64,000 bases of DNA, taken from NCBI RefSeq assembly GCF_001677475.2, contig NZ_CP015229.1, one strand, 5' to 3'. The notes under the pieces were generated by a model that was not told the DNA's origin, did no database searches, and saw only the letters and a list, made by a program, of their open reading frames with translations. A program made the translations under genes and the position numbers. This DNA is from Escherichia coli. GTDB taxonomy: Bacteria; Pseudomonadota; Gammaproteobacteria; Enterobacterales; Enterobacteriaceae. This document shows positions 42,690 through 61,778 of this stretch, one piece after another (within the stretch, counting starts at the first letter, position 1; every line of letters starts with the position of its first letter).

Positions 42690-43619
42690 ATGCCGATTCG
42701 TGTGCCGGACGAGCTACCCGCCGTCAATTTCTTGCGTGAAGAAAACGTCTTTGTGATGACAACTTCTCGTGCGTCTGGTCAGGAAATTCGTCCACTTAAG
42801 GTTCTGATCCTTAACCTGATGCCGAAGAAGATTGAAACTGAAAATCAGTTTCTGCGCCTGCTTTCAAACTCACCTTTGCAGGTCGATATTCAGCTGTTGC
42901 GCATCGATTCCCGTGAATCGCGCAACACGCCCGCAGAGCATCTGAACAACTTCTACTGTAACTTTGAAGATATTCAGGAACAGAACTTTGACGGTCTGAT
43001 TGTAACCGGTGCGCCGCTGGGCCTAGTGGAGTTTAATGATGTCGCTTACTGGCCGCAGATCAAACAGGTGCTGGAGTGGTCGAAAGATCACGTCACCTCG
43101 ACGCTGTTTGTCTGCTGGGCGGTACAGGCCGCGCTCAATATCCTCTACGGCATTCCTAAGCAAACCCGCACCGACAAACTCTCTGGCGTTTACGAGCATC
43201 ATATTCTCCATCCTCATGCGCTTCTGACGCGTGGTTTCGATGATTCATTCCTGGCACCACATTCGCGCTATGCTGACTTTCCGGCAGCGTTGATTCGTGA
43301 TTACACCGATCTGGAAATTCTGGCAGAGACGGAAGAAGGGGATGCATATCTGTTTGCCAGCAAAGATAAGCGCATTGCCTTTGTGACGGGCCATCCCGAA
43401 TATGATGCGCAAACGCTGGCGCAGGAATTTTTCCGCGATGTGGAAGCCGGACTAGACCCGGATGTACCGTATAACTATTTCCCGCACAATGATCCGCAAA
43501 ATACACCGCGAGCGAGCTGGCGTAGTCACGGTAATTTGCTATTTACCAACTGGCTCAACTATTACGTCTACCAGATCACGCCATACGATCTACGGCACAT
43601 GAATCCAACGCTGGATTAA
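42690..43619 (+). CDS. metA: Homoserine O-succinyltransferase
   Basis: 309-aa [26 protein letters not shown]... Confidence 0.96.
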
Positions 43620-43887
43620 TCTTCTGTGATAGTCGATCGTTAAGCGATTCAGCACCTTACCTCAGGCACCTTAGGGTGCCTTTTTTATTTCCGAAACGCA
43701 CCTCAGCAGGTGAATAAATTTTATTCATATTGTTATCAATAAGTTATCAAGTATTTTTAATTAAAATGGAAATTGTTTTTGATTTTGATTTTTAAATGAG
43801 TAGTCTTAGTTGTGCTGAACGAAAAGCGCACAACGATCCTTCGTTCACAATGGGGAAGTTTTCGGATCCATGACGAGGAGCTGCACG

Positions 43888-45489
43888 ATGACTGAACAGG
43901 CAACAACAACCGATGAACTGGCTTTCACAAGGCCGTATGGCGAGCAGGAGAAGCAAATTCTTACTGCCGAAGCGGTAGAATTTCTGACTGAGCTGGTGAC
44001 GCATTTTACGCCACAACGCAATAAACTTCTGGCAGCGCGCATTCAGCAGCAGCAGGATATCGATAACGGAACGTTGCCTGATTTTATTTCGGAAACAGCT
44101 TCCATTCGTGATGCTGACTGGAAAATTCGCGGGATTCCTGCGGACTTAGAAGATCGTCGGGTAGAGATTACCGGCCCGGTTGAGCGCAAGATGGTGATCA
44201 ACGCGCTCAACGCCAATGTGAAAGTCTTTATGGCCGATTTCGAAGATTCACTGGCACCAGACTGGAACAAAGTGATCGACGGGCAAATTAACCTGCGCGA
44301 TGCGGTTAACGGCACCATCAGCTATACCAATGAAGCAGGCAAAATTTATCAGCTCAAGCCCAATCCAGCGGTGTTGATTTGTCGGGTACGCGGTCTGCAC
44401 TTGCCGGAAAAACATGTCACCTGGCGTGGTGAGGCAATCCCCGGTAGCCTGTTTGATTTTGCGCTCTATTTCTTCCACAACTATCAGGCACTGTTGGCAA
44501 AGGGCAGTGGTCCCTATTTCTATCTGCCGAAAACCCAGTCCTGGCAGGAAGCGGCCTGGTGGAGCGAAGTCTTCAGCTATGCAGAAGATCGCTTTAATCT
44601 GGCGCGCGGTACCATCAAGGCGACGTTGCTGATTGAAACGCTGCCCGCCGTGTTCCAGATGGATGAAATCCTTCACGCGCTGCGTGACCATATTGTTGGT
44701 CTGAACTGCGGTCGTTGGGATTATATTTTCAGCTATATCAAAACGTTGAAAAACTATCCCGATCGCGTCCTGCCAGACAGACAAGCAGTGACGATGGATA
44801 AACCCTTCCTGAATGCTTACTCACGCCTGTTGATTAAAACCTGCCATAAACGCGGTGCTTTTGCGATGGGCGGCATGGCGGCGTTTATTCCGAGCAAAGA
44901 TGAAGAGCGCAATAACCAGGTGCTCAACAAAGTAAAAGCGGATAAATCGCTGGAAGCCAATAACGGTCACGATGGCACATGGATCGCTCACCCAGGCCTT
45001 GCGGACACGGCAATGGCGGTATTCAACGACATTCTCGGCTCCCGTAAAAATCAGCTTGAAGTGATGCGCGAACAAGACGCGCCGATTACTGCCGATCAGC
45101 TGCTGGCACCTTGTGATGGTGAACGCACCGAAGAAGGTATGCGCGCCAACATTCGCGTGGCTGTGCAGTACATCGAAGCATGGATCTCCGGCAACGGCTG
45201 CGTGCCGATTTATGGCCTGATGGAAGATGCGGCGACGGCTGAAATTTCCCGTACCTCAATCTGGCAGTGGATCCATCATCAAAAAACGTTGAGCAATGGC
45301 AAACCGGTGACCAAAGCCTTGTTCCGCCAGATGCTGGGTGAAGAGATGAAAGTCATTGCCAGCGAACTGGGCGAAGAACGTTTCTCCCAGGGGCGTTTTG
45401 ACGATGCCGCACGCTTGATGGAACAGATCACCACTTCCGATGAGTTAATTGATTTCCTGACCCTGCCAGGCTACCGCCTGTTAGCGTAA
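43888..45489 (+). CDS. aceB: Malate synthase A
   Basis: ORF track 539 aa; start set to ATG giving 533 aa ([23 protein letters not shown]...). Confidence 0.96.
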   Translation: MTEQATTTDELAFTRPYGEQEKQILTAEAVEFLTELVTHFTPQRNKLLAARIQQQQDIDNGTLPDFISETASIRDADWKIRGIPADLEDRRVEITGPVERKMVINALNANVKVFMADFEDSLAPDWNKVIDGQINLRDAVNGTISYTNEAGKIYQLKPNPAVLICRVRGLHLPEKHVTWRGEAIPGSLFDFALYFFHNYQALLAKGSGPYFYLPKTQSWQEAAWWSEVFSYAEDRFNLARGTIKATLLIETLPAVFQMDEILHALRDHIVGLNCGRWDYIFSYIKTLKNYPDRVLPDRQAVTMDKPFLNAYSRLLIKTCHKRGAFAMGGMAAFIPSKDEERNNQVLNKVKADKSLEANNGHDGTWIAHPGLADTAMAVFNDILGSRKNQLEVMREQDAPITADQLLAPCDGERTEEGMRANIRVAVQYIEAWISGNGCVPIYGLMEDAATAEISRTSIWQWIHHQKTLSNGKPVTKALFRQMLGEEMKVIASELGEERFSQGRFDDAARLMEQITTSDELIDFLTLPGYRLLA

Positions 45490-45518
45490 ACCACCACATA
45501 ACTATGGAGCATCTGCAC

Positions 45519-46823
45519 ATGAAAAACCGTACACAACAAATTGAAGAATTACAGAAAGAGTGGACTCAACCGCGTTGGGAAGGCATTACTCGCCCATACA
45601 GCGCGGAAGATGTGGTGAAATTACGCGGTTCAGTCAATCCTGAATGCACGCTGGCGCAACTGGGCGCGGCGAAAATGTGGCGTCTGCTGCATGGCGAGTC
45701 GAAAAAAGGCTACATCAACAGCCTCGGTGCACTGACTGGCGGTCAGGCGCTGCAACAGGCGAAAGCGGGTATTGAAGCAGTCTATCTGTCGGGATGGCAG
45801 GTAGCGGCGGACGCTAACCTGGCGGCCAGCATGTATCCGGATCAGTCGCTCTATCCGGCAAACTCGGTGCCAGCTGTGGTGGAGCGGATCAACAATACTT
45901 TCCGCCGTGCGGATCAGATCCAATGGTCCGCGGGCATTGAGCCGGGCGATCCGCGCTATGTGGATTACTTCCTGCCGATCGTTGCCGATGCGGAAGCCGG
46001 TTTTGGCGGTGTCCTGAATGCCTTTGAACTGATGAAAGCGATGATTGAAGCCGGTGCAGCGGCAGTTCACTTCGAAGATCAGCTGGCGTCAGTGAAGAAA
46101 TGCGGTCACATGGGCGGCAAAGTTTTGGTGCCAACTCAAGAAGCTATTCAGAAACTGGTCGCGGCGCGTCTGGCAGCTGACGTGACGGGCGTTCCAACCA
46201 TACTGGTTGCTCGTACCGATGCCGATGCAGCGGATCTGATTACCTCCGATTGCGACCCGTATGACAGCGAATTTATTACCGGCGAGCGTACCAGTGAAGG
46301 CTTCTTCCGTACTCATGCGGGCATTGAGCAAGCGATCAGCCGTGGCCTGGCGTATGCGCCATATGCTGACCTGGTCTGGTGTGAAACCTCCACGCCAGAC
46401 CTGGAACTGGCGCGTCGCTTTGCACAAGCTATCCACGCGAAATATCCGGGCAAACTGCTGGCTTATAACTGCTCGCCGTCGTTCAACTGGCAGAAAAACC
46501 TCGACGACAAAACTATTGCCAGCTTCCAGCAGCAGCTGTCGGATATGGGCTACAAGTTCCAGTTCATCACCCTGGCAGGCATCCACAGCATGTGGTTTAA
46601 CATGTTCGACCTGGCAAATGCCTATGCCCAGGGCGAAGGCATGAAGCATTACGTTGAGAAAGTGCAGCAGCCGGAATTTGCCGCTGCGAAAGATGGCTAT
46701 ACCTTCGTATCTCACCAGCAGGAAGTGGGTACAGGTTATTTCGATAAAGTGACGACCATTATTCAGGGCGGCACGTCTTCAGTCACCGCGCTGACCGGCT
46801 CCACCGAAGAATCGCAGTTCTAA
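45519..46823 (+). CDS. aceA: Isocitrate lyase
   Basis: ORF track 439 aa; start set to the ATG with GGAG 9 nt upstream giving 434 aa ([15 protein letters not shown]...); KKCGH active-site motif. Confidence 0.95.
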   Translation: MKNRTQQIEELQKEWTQPRWEGITRPYSAEDVVKLRGSVNPECTLAQLGAAKMWRLLHGESKKGYINSLGALTGGQALQQAKAGIEAVYLSGWQVAADANLAASMYPDQSLYPANSVPAVVERINNTFRRADQIQWSAGIEPGDPRYVDYFLPIVADAEAGFGGVLNAFELMKAMIEAGAAAVHFEDQLASVKKCGHMGGKVLVPTQEAIQKLVAARLAADVTGVPTILVARTDADAADLITSDCDPYDSEFITGERTSEGFFRTHAGIEQAISRGLAYAPYADLVWCETSTPDLELARRFAQAIHAKYPGKLLAYNCSPSFNWQKNLDDKTIASFQQQLSDMGYKFQFITLAGIHSMWFNMFDLANAYAQGEGMKHYVEKVQQPEFAAAKDGYTFVSHQQEVGTGYFDKVTTIIQGGTSSVTALTGSTEESQF

Positions 46824-46862
46824 CAACCAACGCCCCTTTCCGTAAGGCGAGGGGCGAATTAA

Positions 46863-50763
<3,901 letters not shown>

Positions 50764-51079
50764 TTAAATATCTCATTGTTTATTGATGTCTTGAATTTTA
50801 ACTATCAGAACAGTGAAAAAATTTAATATGATTACAACTAAAGAAATATCATAAATCGCTCAATCTCATAATGCAGCCGTAAAAGTTTCGGTGGAATGAG
50901 ATCTTGCGATTTTGTTAATGATTAAGTGGTTTGATGTTTAAATATAATGCTGAGTTAATAAAAGTGTGTGAAGTGTATGACATTAAGTTATTTTGGCGTC
51001 AATGCGATTAACAGACACCCTTATTCTATTGCCACTCAGGTATGATGGGCAGAATATTGCCTCTGCCCGCCAGAAAAAG

Positions 51080-51904
51080 TCAGCGCATTCCACCGTACGC
51101 CAGCGTCACTTCCTTCGCCGCTTTAATCACCATCGCGCCAAACTCGGTCACGCGGTCATCGGTAATACGTGAAATCGGTCCGGAAATAGAAATTGCGGCA
51201 AACGGTTCACGGTGCTCATCGAAAATACACGCTGCAAGGCAACGTAGCCCCAGCGCATGTTCCTCATCGTCAAATGAATAACCCCGTTTGCGCGTTTGGG
51301 CGAGATCTTCTTTTAAATGCACAGGAGACACCAGCGTTGCGTGGGTATAGGCATGTAACCCTTTGCGGTGCAGCAGCTTCGTCACCTGTTCTTCGCTCAG
51401 TTGGGCTAAAAAGGCTTTACCCGCACCGGAAGCGTGCATAGGTAATTTACCGCCGATAGGCGCGGACATTCGCATCAGGTGGGTACACTGTACCTGGTCG
51501 ATAATAATCGCTTCATGATCGCTTTGATCAAGCACCGCCATATTGACCGTTTCGCCAGACTCTTCCATTAGATTGCGCAGGATAGGGTGAACAATTGCTA
51601 ACAAATTACGGCTCTGGAGAAAGCTGCTGCCGACCATAAAGGCATGTGCGCCGATTGCCCAGTGTCCCAGTTCGCCAACCTGACGCACGAAACCCTGCTG
51701 TTGCATCGTGGTTAGCAGGCGGTGGGTCGTGGAATTGGGTAACCCGGCTTGTTGCGCCAGTTCCGTGAGTGCCACACTGCCATTGGATTCGGCAATCCAC
51801 TCCAGTAATTTCAGGCCACGCGTTAAAGACTGAACCTGTCCAGTTGCTGGTGCGGTGGCAACGGCGGGTTTTCTGCCGCGTTTCGCGGGAATGGGTGCGA
51901 CCAT
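51080..51904 (-). CDS. iclR: Glyoxylate-bypass operon repressor IclR
   Basis: ORF track 287 aa; start set to ATG with AAGGAG upstream giving 274 aa (MVAPIPAKRGRKPAVATAPATGQVQ...). Confidence 0.94.
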   Translation of the reverse strand: MVAPIPAKRGRKPAVATAPATGQVQSLTRGLKLLEWIAESNGSVALTELAQQAGLPNSTTHRLLTTMQQQGFVRQVGELGHWAIGAHAFMVGSSFLQSRNLLAIVHPILRNLMEESGETVNMAVLDQSDHEAIIIDQVQCTHLMRMSAPIGGKLPMHASGAGKAFLAQLSEEQVTKLLHRKGLHAYTHATLVSPVHLKEDLAQTRKRGYSFDDEEHALGLRCLAACIFDEHREPFAAISISGPISRITDDRVTEFGAMVIKAAKEVTLAYGGMR

Positions 51905-51927
51905 GACAGTCTCCTTTTTCTGTATCG

Positions 51928-51942
51928 TGGAAATCATTTTCA
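51928..51942. promoter_or_regulatory. IclR box (autoregulatory operator) in the iclR promoter
   Basis: TGGAAATCATTTTCA matches the palindromic IclR consensus TGGAAAT-N-ATTTCCA, 24 nt upstream of the iclR start. Confidence 0.55.
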
Positions 51943-52103
51943 TTTTTATTGTTAGCTAATGCAATAGTTGCTGAACTGATCCGATGAGTTAATGTTGAAC
52001 AAATCTCATGTTGCGTGGTGGTCGCTTTTACCACAGATGCGTTTATGCCAGTATGGTTTGTTGAATTTTTATTAAATCTGGGTTGAGCGTGTCGGGAGCA
52101 AGT

Positions 52104-55787
<3,684 letters not shown>

Positions 55788-55817
55788 TTCACAAATCTGT
55801 CACTTTTCCTTACAACA

Positions 55818-55852
55818 AACAGGGCGCTCAATGAGTGCCCTGTCTCTTTATT
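55818..55852 (+). terminator. metH intrinsic terminator
   Basis: Hairpin CAGGGCGCUCAAUGAGUGCCCUG followed by UCUCUUUAUU. Confidence 0.75.
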
Positions 55853-56006
55853 AATATGAAACACTTATACTGGAAACAGGCTGGAATAATCTTAGCCGGA
55901 AAAACGAATGTCAAAAGGCACAGTAAAGATGCCAGTCAGCGTGTTTCCGGTCCTTTGGTCATTCAATTGCTTCAGGAACATATAACGATAAGGAGAACCT
56001 GAACTC

Positions 56007-57638
56007 GTGTTAACGCTGCTTCACCTGCTTTCTGCCGTCGCCCTGCTGGTCTGGGGGACTCATATTGTTCGAACCGGCGTAATGCGCGTCTTCGGCGCGC
56101 GTTTGCGTACTGTCCTTAGCCGGAGCGTCGAAAAAAAGCCGCTCGCCTTTTGCGCGGGGATCGGCGTTACCGCACTGGTGCAGAGCAGTAATGCCACCAC
56201 CATGCTGGTGACCTCGTTCGTCGCTCAGGATCTGGTAGCCCTCGCACCGGCTCTGGTGATTGTGCTGGGTGCAGATGTCGGGACGGCGCTAATGGCGCGT
56301 ATTCTCACCTTCGACTTATCCTGGCTGTCACCATTACTTATTTTTATCGGCGTGATTTTTTTCCTCGGACGCAAACAGTCACGCGCCGGGCAACTGGGCC
56401 GCGTCGGTATTGGTCTTGGGCTGATTTTACTGGCGCTGGAGTTGATTGTGCAGGCCGTAACGCCGATCACTCAGGCAAACGGCGTTCAGGTGATCTTTGC
56501 CTCGCTGACTGGCGACATTTTGCTGGATGCGCTGATTGGTGCGATGTTCGCCATTATCAGCTACTCCAGCCTTGCTGCTGTACTGCTGACCGCGACTTTG
56601 ACCGCCGCAGGCATTATCTCTTTCCCAGTGGCGCTTTGTCTGGTGATTGGGGCAAACCTCGGTTCCGGCCTGCTGGCGATGCTCAACAACAGTGCCGCCA
56701 ATGCCGCAGCCCGCCGTGTCGCGCTGGGTAGTCTGCTGTTTAAGCTGGTGGGTAGCCTGATTATCCTGCCGTTTGTCCATTTGCTGGCAGAGACAATGGG
56801 GAAGTTGTCATTGCCAAAAGCGGAACTGGTGATCTATTTCCACGTCTTCTACAACCTTGTACGTTGCCTGGTCATGCTGCCATTTGTTGACCCGATGGCA
56901 CGGTTTTGCAAAACGATTATTCGCGATGAACCGGAACTGGATACCCAGCTACGGCCTAAACATCTGGATGTCAGCGCGCTGGATACGCCCACGCTTGCTC
57001 TGGCGAACGCCGCGCGCGAAACCCTGCGCATTGGCGACGCCATGGAACAGATGATGGAAGGGTTGAATAAAGTGATGCACGGCGAGCCACGGCAGGAGAA
57101 AGAGCTGCGTAAGCTGGCAGATGATATCAACGTTCTCTATACCGCCATTAAGCTGTATCTGGCGCGGATGCCAAAAGAAGAGCTGGCGGAGGAAGAGTCG
57201 CGCCGCTGGGCGGAGATCATCGAAATGTCGCTCAACCTTGAACAGGCCTCCGATATCGTCGAGCGCATGGGGAGTGAAATTGCCGACAAATCACTGGCAG
57301 CACGGCGGGCATTTTCGCTTGATGGGTTGAAGGAACTGGATGCGCTCTATGAGCAATTGCTCAGTAATTTAAAGCTGGCAATGTCGGTGTTCTTCTCTGG
57401 CGATGTCACCAGCGCTCGTCGTTTGCGCCGCAGCAAGCATCGCTTTCGCATTCTTAATCGCCGCTATTCCCACGCCCACGTCGATCGCCTGCATCAGCAA
57501 AACGTGCAAAGCATTGAAACCAGTTCGCTACATTTAGGCTTACTGGGAGATATGCAGCGTCTGAACTCGCTGTTTTGTTCGGTGGCTTACAGTGTGCTGG
57601 AACAGCCGGATGAAGATGAAGGACGGGACGAGTATTAA
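56007..57638 (+). CDS. yjbB: Na+/phosphate-symporter-family membrane protein (PhoU-like C-terminal domain)
   Basis: 543-aa ORF starting GTG, multiple TM segments. Confidence 0.92.
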   Translation: MLTLLHLLSAVALLVWGTHIVRTGVMRVFGARLRTVLSRSVEKKPLAFCAGIGVTALVQSSNATTMLVTSFVAQDLVALAPALVIVLGADVGTALMARILTFDLSWLSPLLIFIGVIFFLGRKQSRAGQLGRVGIGLGLILLALELIVQAVTPITQANGVQVIFASLTGDILLDALIGAMFAIISYSSLAAVLLTATLTAAGIISFPVALCLVIGANLGSGLLAMLNNSAANAAARRVALGSLLFKLVGSLIILPFVHLLAETMGKLSLPKAELVIYFHVFYNLVRCLVMLPFVDPMARFCKTIIRDEPELDTQLRPKHLDVSALDTPTLALANAARETLRIGDAMEQMMEGLNKVMHGEPRQEKELRKLADDINVLYTAIKLYLARMPKEELAEEESRRWAEIIEMSLNLEQASDIVERMGSEIADKSLAARRAFSLDGLKELDALYEQLLSNLKLAMSVFFSGDVTSARRLRRSKHRFRILNRRYSHAHVDRLHQQNVQSIETSSLHLGLLGDMQRLNSLFCSVAYSVLEQPDEDEGRDEY

Positions 57639-57652
57639 TATTGTGAATCCTG

Positions 57653-57723
57653 TAGGCCTGATAAGACGCGTCAAGCGTCGCATCAGGCACTATGAACAAG
57701 ATGCCGGATCATGCATCCGGCAA
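57653..57723. repeat. REP elements between convergent yjbB and pepE
   Basis: GTAGGCCTGATAAGACGCGTCAAGCGTCGCATCAGGC and GATGCCGGATCATGCATCCGGCA match REP consensus families. Confidence 0.75.
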
Positions 57724-57728
57724 TTCAC

Positions 57729-58418
57729 TTAAAAACGGTGACCTGCTTCCAGCGGCACCGCTTCTTCACCAGCTTTAAACACATAAGTGGTGTTCGGGCC
57801 ACCCAGCGTAGCGTGACCTTTACTCACCGTGATCCAGTTACCTTCCGGTAGACCAATAATTGTGAGTTCTGGCGCGACGACCAGCAGTTCGCGAATACGC
57901 TGCTCACGGGTTTCACCTTTATGGCCTTCCGGCAGCGCGTTGGTGAAGTGCGGGTTGATTTGCAGCGGGAACAGATTCAGCGCATCGAAACCTTGCGGAT
58001 CGACAATCGGCATATCGTTGGTGGTACGAATGGTTGGGCAAGCAAGGTTAGCGCCTGCGCTCCAGCCAACATACAGCGCGCCACGTTTAACCACGTCAGT
58101 AATTGGTGCCAGCAGCCCGCGCTCGCGGCACTGTTTCAGCAACTGGAAAGTATTACCGCCGCCGACAATCACGATCTCAGCATTTTCAATCGCGGCAACG
58201 GGATCGACAACGCTATGAATACCGGTGACAGAAACACCCAGCGGAGCGAGAACCGCAGCCGTTTTCGCTGTGTAATCATCCCAGGTCTGCGTTACGCCCG
58301 CGAAAGGAATAAATACCGCTGAACGGCGACCCTGCAACTGTTCAGCAATTAGCGGCAGTGCATGTTCCAGCCAGGCTTTACCCGGCAGCGTCGAGTTACT
58401 CAATAAAAGCAGTTCCAT
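57729..58418 (-). CDS. pepE: Dipeptidase E (alpha-aspartyl dipeptidase)
   Basis: 229-aa [31 protein letters not shown]... Confidence 0.95.
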   Translation of the reverse strand: MELLLLSNSTLPGKAWLEHALPLIAEQLQGRRSAVFIPFAGVTQTWDDYTAKTAAVLAPLGVSVTGIHSVVDPVAAIENAEIVIVGGGNTFQLLKQCRERGLLAPITDVVKRGALYVGWSAGANLACPTIRTTNDMPIVDPQGFDALNLFPLQINPHFTNALPEGHKGETREQRIRELLVVAPELTIIGLPEGNWITVSKGHATLGGPNTTYVFKAGEEAVPLEAGHRF

Positions 58419-58543
58419 TACTTCTCCGGTTAGTAAGAAATCACGGAAGGAATGCTACCACTGCGAATTTAACCACTTACTGACATGGCTCACGATGTCA
58501 CGTATTGCACCGGGCGCTGAGACTGATGACAAACACAGCATTG

Positions 58544-58641
58544 CCTGATGCGCTACGCTTACCAGGCCTACCAGATAACTGCAATATATTGAATTTTCGA
58601 GATTATGTATGCCGAATAAGGCTTCATTCCGCATCCGGCAT
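58544..58641. repeat. BIME-like pair of inverted REP elements in the pepE-sorE spacer
   Basis: GCCTGATGCGCTACGCTTACCAGGCCTAC and ATGCCGAATAAGGCTTCATTCCGCATCCGGCAT in opposite orientation. Confidence 0.7.
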
Positions 58642-58799
58642 AAACAATGTGCACTTTGCCACCAATTTGAGCGCCCCTTAAGGCGCTGATGTTTTTTATC
58701 CTTCTCGTGCAAATTGTGCTGCTTCAGCAATCAGCCGCACATCAGGTCGCGAAGTTGCCGCGGCGACCAGCCAGCGACATGCAGAGTTAAGTAGCGCGA

Positions 58800-60029
58800 T
58801 TAATCATGGGAAATTGCCTCTGCATGGGCGAGCAGGTATTGCTCCGCCTCACCGGACCAGATCCCCTGATGACGCGCCAGAATCGCCGCCAGTGCTTGAT
58901 CCTGAATCTGCGTGAGTGACGTCAGCGGCAGGTATTTCCCGGTATACACCAGCTTTTTGCCGCCGCCGACGGCAGGCAATTCAAGCGTGGTTTCGCCCGC
59001 GGCATTCAGCCCAAGAATATGTGTTACCACTTTTGCGGCCTGCACTTTTTTCTCTTCAATCAATTTGACCGCTGCGCGCATGTCGTCGGTATTGCCGCCT
59101 GACGTGCCCACGTAGTGGGTAAATGCATAATGCACATCGTAGAAATTAATTGGCGCGCTGAAATGTTTATCCTGCGGTCCGGCGAAGAAATTCAGGCAAC
59201 CATCCGTCGCCAGCAAGGAAGAGGCGAGAGTCACCAGTCCTTCATTAGGCACAAAGACGAAAATATCATCGAAGCCGTGACCGCCACTCAGCGCCATTAA
59301 CGTATCAAATGCTGCATCGGTGGCATTGAGATAATGAATCAGTGTTTGCGGTTCTGATGGATAGTGCTTCCGCGCATAACTCAATTTATCGTTGTCGGTA
59401 TCGGTAATGACGAGCAGCGACGGGTTAACGGGTCCATGTAGCGCATAATCAATCGCCAACAGTCCCATTGGTCCGGTGCCGCCGAGGATCAGCGTGCGCC
59501 CTTGCGGGCGAATCCCCATCGTGTGGTTATAACTACCTTCCTGAAGATGATAGTTGGCGTTGAACGCGCCAATCACGCAGGAAAGCGGTTCAACCAGCGA
59601 GCCTTCAAAATAGGTTTCGCCGTCGTATGCCAGCAGGCAATCTTGTTCCATGACCTCGTTGGGAATAACTACATGCGTGGCTTCGCCGCCTACCCACGGG
59701 AAGGAGTAGCCGGGGCAGTCCGGGCGGTCGGGGAGTTGCAGGTTGGCCTGAATCACATAACGCTGACCCGGCTGGAATTTGTGCTGCCACTTTTTACCCA
59801 CGGCCAGAATATCGCCGCAAAACTCGTGGCCGATGATGATTGGGTTGGTCGCCACATCGTCGGGTACTTTTTTATGGTTTTCACCCAGATTGGCCTCTTT
59901 CCAGGAAGAGAGGCACAGGCTGTCAGTGACCACCGTCGCGAGGATTTCATCCTCCTGCATTTCAGGAAGATCAAAGGTTTCCAGGCGTAAATCACGTTTA
60001 CCATAAAGACGCAGAGCTGTTGTTTTCAT
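58800..60029 (-). CDS. sorE: L-sorbose-1-phosphate reductase (Zn-dependent dehydrogenase family)
   Basis: ORF track 413 aa; start set to ATG with GAGGTGG 6 nt upstream giving 409 aa (MKTTALRLYGKRDLRLETF...); last gene of a PTS operon. Confidence 0.85.
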   Translation of the reverse strand: MKTTALRLYGKRDLRLETFDLPEMQEDEILATVVTDSLCLSSWKEANLGENHKKVPDDVATNPIIIGHEFCGDILAVGKKWQHKFQPGQRYVIQANLQLPDRPDCPGYSFPWVGGEATHVVIPNEVMEQDCLLAYDGETYFEGSLVEPLSCVIGAFNANYHLQEGSYNHTMGIRPQGRTLILGGTGPMGLLAIDYALHGPVNPSLLVITDTDNDKLSYARKHYPSEPQTLIHYLNATDAAFDTLMALSGGHGFDDIFVFVPNEGLVTLASSLLATDGCLNFFAGPQDKHFSAPINFYDVHYAFTHYVGTSGGNTDDMRAAVKLIEEKKVQAAKVVTHILGLNAAGETTLELPAVGGGKKLVYTGKYLPLTSLTQIQDQALAAILARHQGIWSGEAEQYLLAHAEAISHD

Positions 60030-60080
60030 AAACCACCTCATGTTGAGCTATGGCCCCGGCAGTCGTGCCGGGGCGAAGAA

Positions 60081-60905
60081 TCAGGACAGGAAGCCCAGCG
60101 CATTGCCGATAATCCCTAAGCCAAACAGGGCGAAAATCAGCCATACCGGGTTAATTTTTTTGTTAAGCAGACGAACCATCAGTAGCGTCAGACCGAGCGC
60201 CAGCAAACCAGGGCAAAGTTGGTCGAGAATGTTCTGCACGGTCATGGTGACGGTGGAGCCATCGGCGGCATGCGTTTGTGAAACCACCAACGGTACGTTG
60301 ATTGACGTCCATTTGGTGACCAGCACGCCCATCACAAACAGTCCGAGAATCGACGCGCCTTCGGTGAGTTTTTGCAGCACATTCCCGCCCATATCGCTGA
60401 CGATATTCACCCCTTTGCGAAAGCCGAGCTGTAGGCCATACCACTTCATCGCCAGACGCACCGCATTGAAAATAAAGAAAAACAAAAGCGGGCCGAGGAT
60501 GTTGCCCGAAAGTGCCAGAGATGCGCCGAGCGCAGCGGTAATCGGGCGCAGCGTTCCCCAGACCAGTGGATCGCCAACTCCTGCCAATGGTCCCATCAGA
60601 CCGACTTTGATGCCGTTAATGGTACCGTCATCAATTTCCGCGCCGTTGGCCCGCGCCTCTTCCATGGCGGCAGTGACGCCGATGACCGGGCCACATACGG
60701 CTGGCGTGGTATTGAAGAACACCAGGTGTCGCCTGAGCGCCGCAACCTGATCCTCTTTTAATGGGTAAAGTCGCTTGATGGCGGGGATCATGTCGTAGCA
60801 AAAAACCAGCCCGTGAATACGTTCAAAGTTAAAGGACGCCTGTTGCAGGTTGGAGCGCAGAAACATGCTCACCAGATCGCTGCGTGTAATTTTTCTCTGT
60901 TCCAT
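60081..60905 (-). CDS. sorM: PTS mannose/sorbose-family EIID component
   Basis: ORF track 284 aa from TTG; start set to ATG with GGAG upstream giving 274 aa; IID-type membrane protein. Confidence 0.85.
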   Translation of the reverse strand: MEQRKITRSDLVSMFLRSNLQQASFNFERIHGLVFCYDMIPAIKRLYPLKEDQVAALRRHLVFFNTTPAVCGPVIGVTAAMEEARANGAEIDDGTINGIKVGLMGPLAGVGDPLVWGTLRPITAALGASLALSGNILGPLLFFFIFNAVRLAMKWYGLQLGFRKGVNIVSDMGGNVLQKLTEGASILGLFVMGVLVTKWTSINVPLVVSQTHAADGSTVTMTVQNILDQLCPGLLALGLTLLMVRLLNKKINPVWLIFALFGLGIIGNALGFLS

Positions 60906-60915
60906 GATGGCTCCG

Positions 60916-61713
60916 TTAATCGTCAAGTTGGTCAAGGGCGGTGGAGGCGGTGGCCTGGAGTTGAGGTTCAGCTTTACGCCACTGTGGATTTAGCTGGATG
61001 TAGACCAGGGCCATGATCACGCCGACGCCACCGAACGCCAGCAGACTGAGATCGAGGTAGCCACCTGCGAGGAAACCGAGGAAAAAGAAAGGCATCAAAT
61101 ATTTCACGCCCATCATACGTAGCACCATGGCGTAACCGACCACCACGATAAAACCGCCAGCAATTTGCAGACCTCGGGTCACAAATTCGGGAATGGCGTT
61201 TAACATATTGCTGACCATATCGGCGCTGACGAACAGCGAGACAATCAGTGCCGGAATGGCGACGCGCAGCGCCTGCACGCCAAGCGCGGAGACATGCAGA
61301 ATATCGAGAGTGCGAAACCGCGCCTCTTCTGCTGCTTTATCCGCCGCGTGCTGGAACACTACGGTGATGGTACGGGCAAACACAGTCAGCACCTGGCCTG
61401 CCGCAGCCACAGGCAACGCGATGGCGATTCCGGTGGCGATGCTTTGCTGACCAACGATAACCAGAATGGCGGAGATTATGCTGGCGAGTGCAGAATCTGG
61501 AGATTGCGCCGCGCCGACGTTCATCCAGCCGAGAGCTATCAATTCCAGCGTACCGCCGAGTATTATTCCGGTTTTTAAATCACCGAGAATTAAACCAATC
61601 ACCGTACAGGCAATTAACGGGCGATGAGTCTGAAATTCATCCAGCACGCTGCCCATTCCGGCAATACAGGAAAAAAGAAATATAGCAATAATTTGTAGGG
61701 TACTTATTTCCAT
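60916..61713 (-). CDS. sorA: PTS mannose/sorbose-family EIIC component
   Basis: 265-aa hydrophobic ORF (MEISTLQIIAIFLFSCIAGMGSVLDEF...). Confidence 0.88.
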   Translation of the reverse strand: MEISTLQIIAIFLFSCIAGMGSVLDEFQTHRPLIACTVIGLILGDLKTGIILGGTLELIALGWMNVGAAQSPDSALASIISAILVIVGQQSIATGIAIALPVAAAGQVLTVFARTITVVFQHAADKAAEEARFRTLDILHVSALGVQALRVAIPALIVSLFVSADMVSNMLNAIPEFVTRGLQIAGGFIVVVGYAMVLRMMGVKYLMPFFFLGFLAGGYLDLSLLAFGGVGVIMALVYIQLNPQWRKAEPQLQATASTALDQLDD

Positions 61714-61778
61714 GATTTGTCACCTTTTAAGTGTCGTCATCCCTGCCTGTTAAAGCATATGTACACAGGCGCTATTAT

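Noticed and set aside
58455-58730. 91-codon minus-strand ORF (TTG start) in the pepE-sorE spacer
   Set aside because: It reads straight through two REP elements and a hairpin, uses a TTG start with no ribosome-binding site and has a low-complexity product; REP clusters commonly generate such spurious ORFs.
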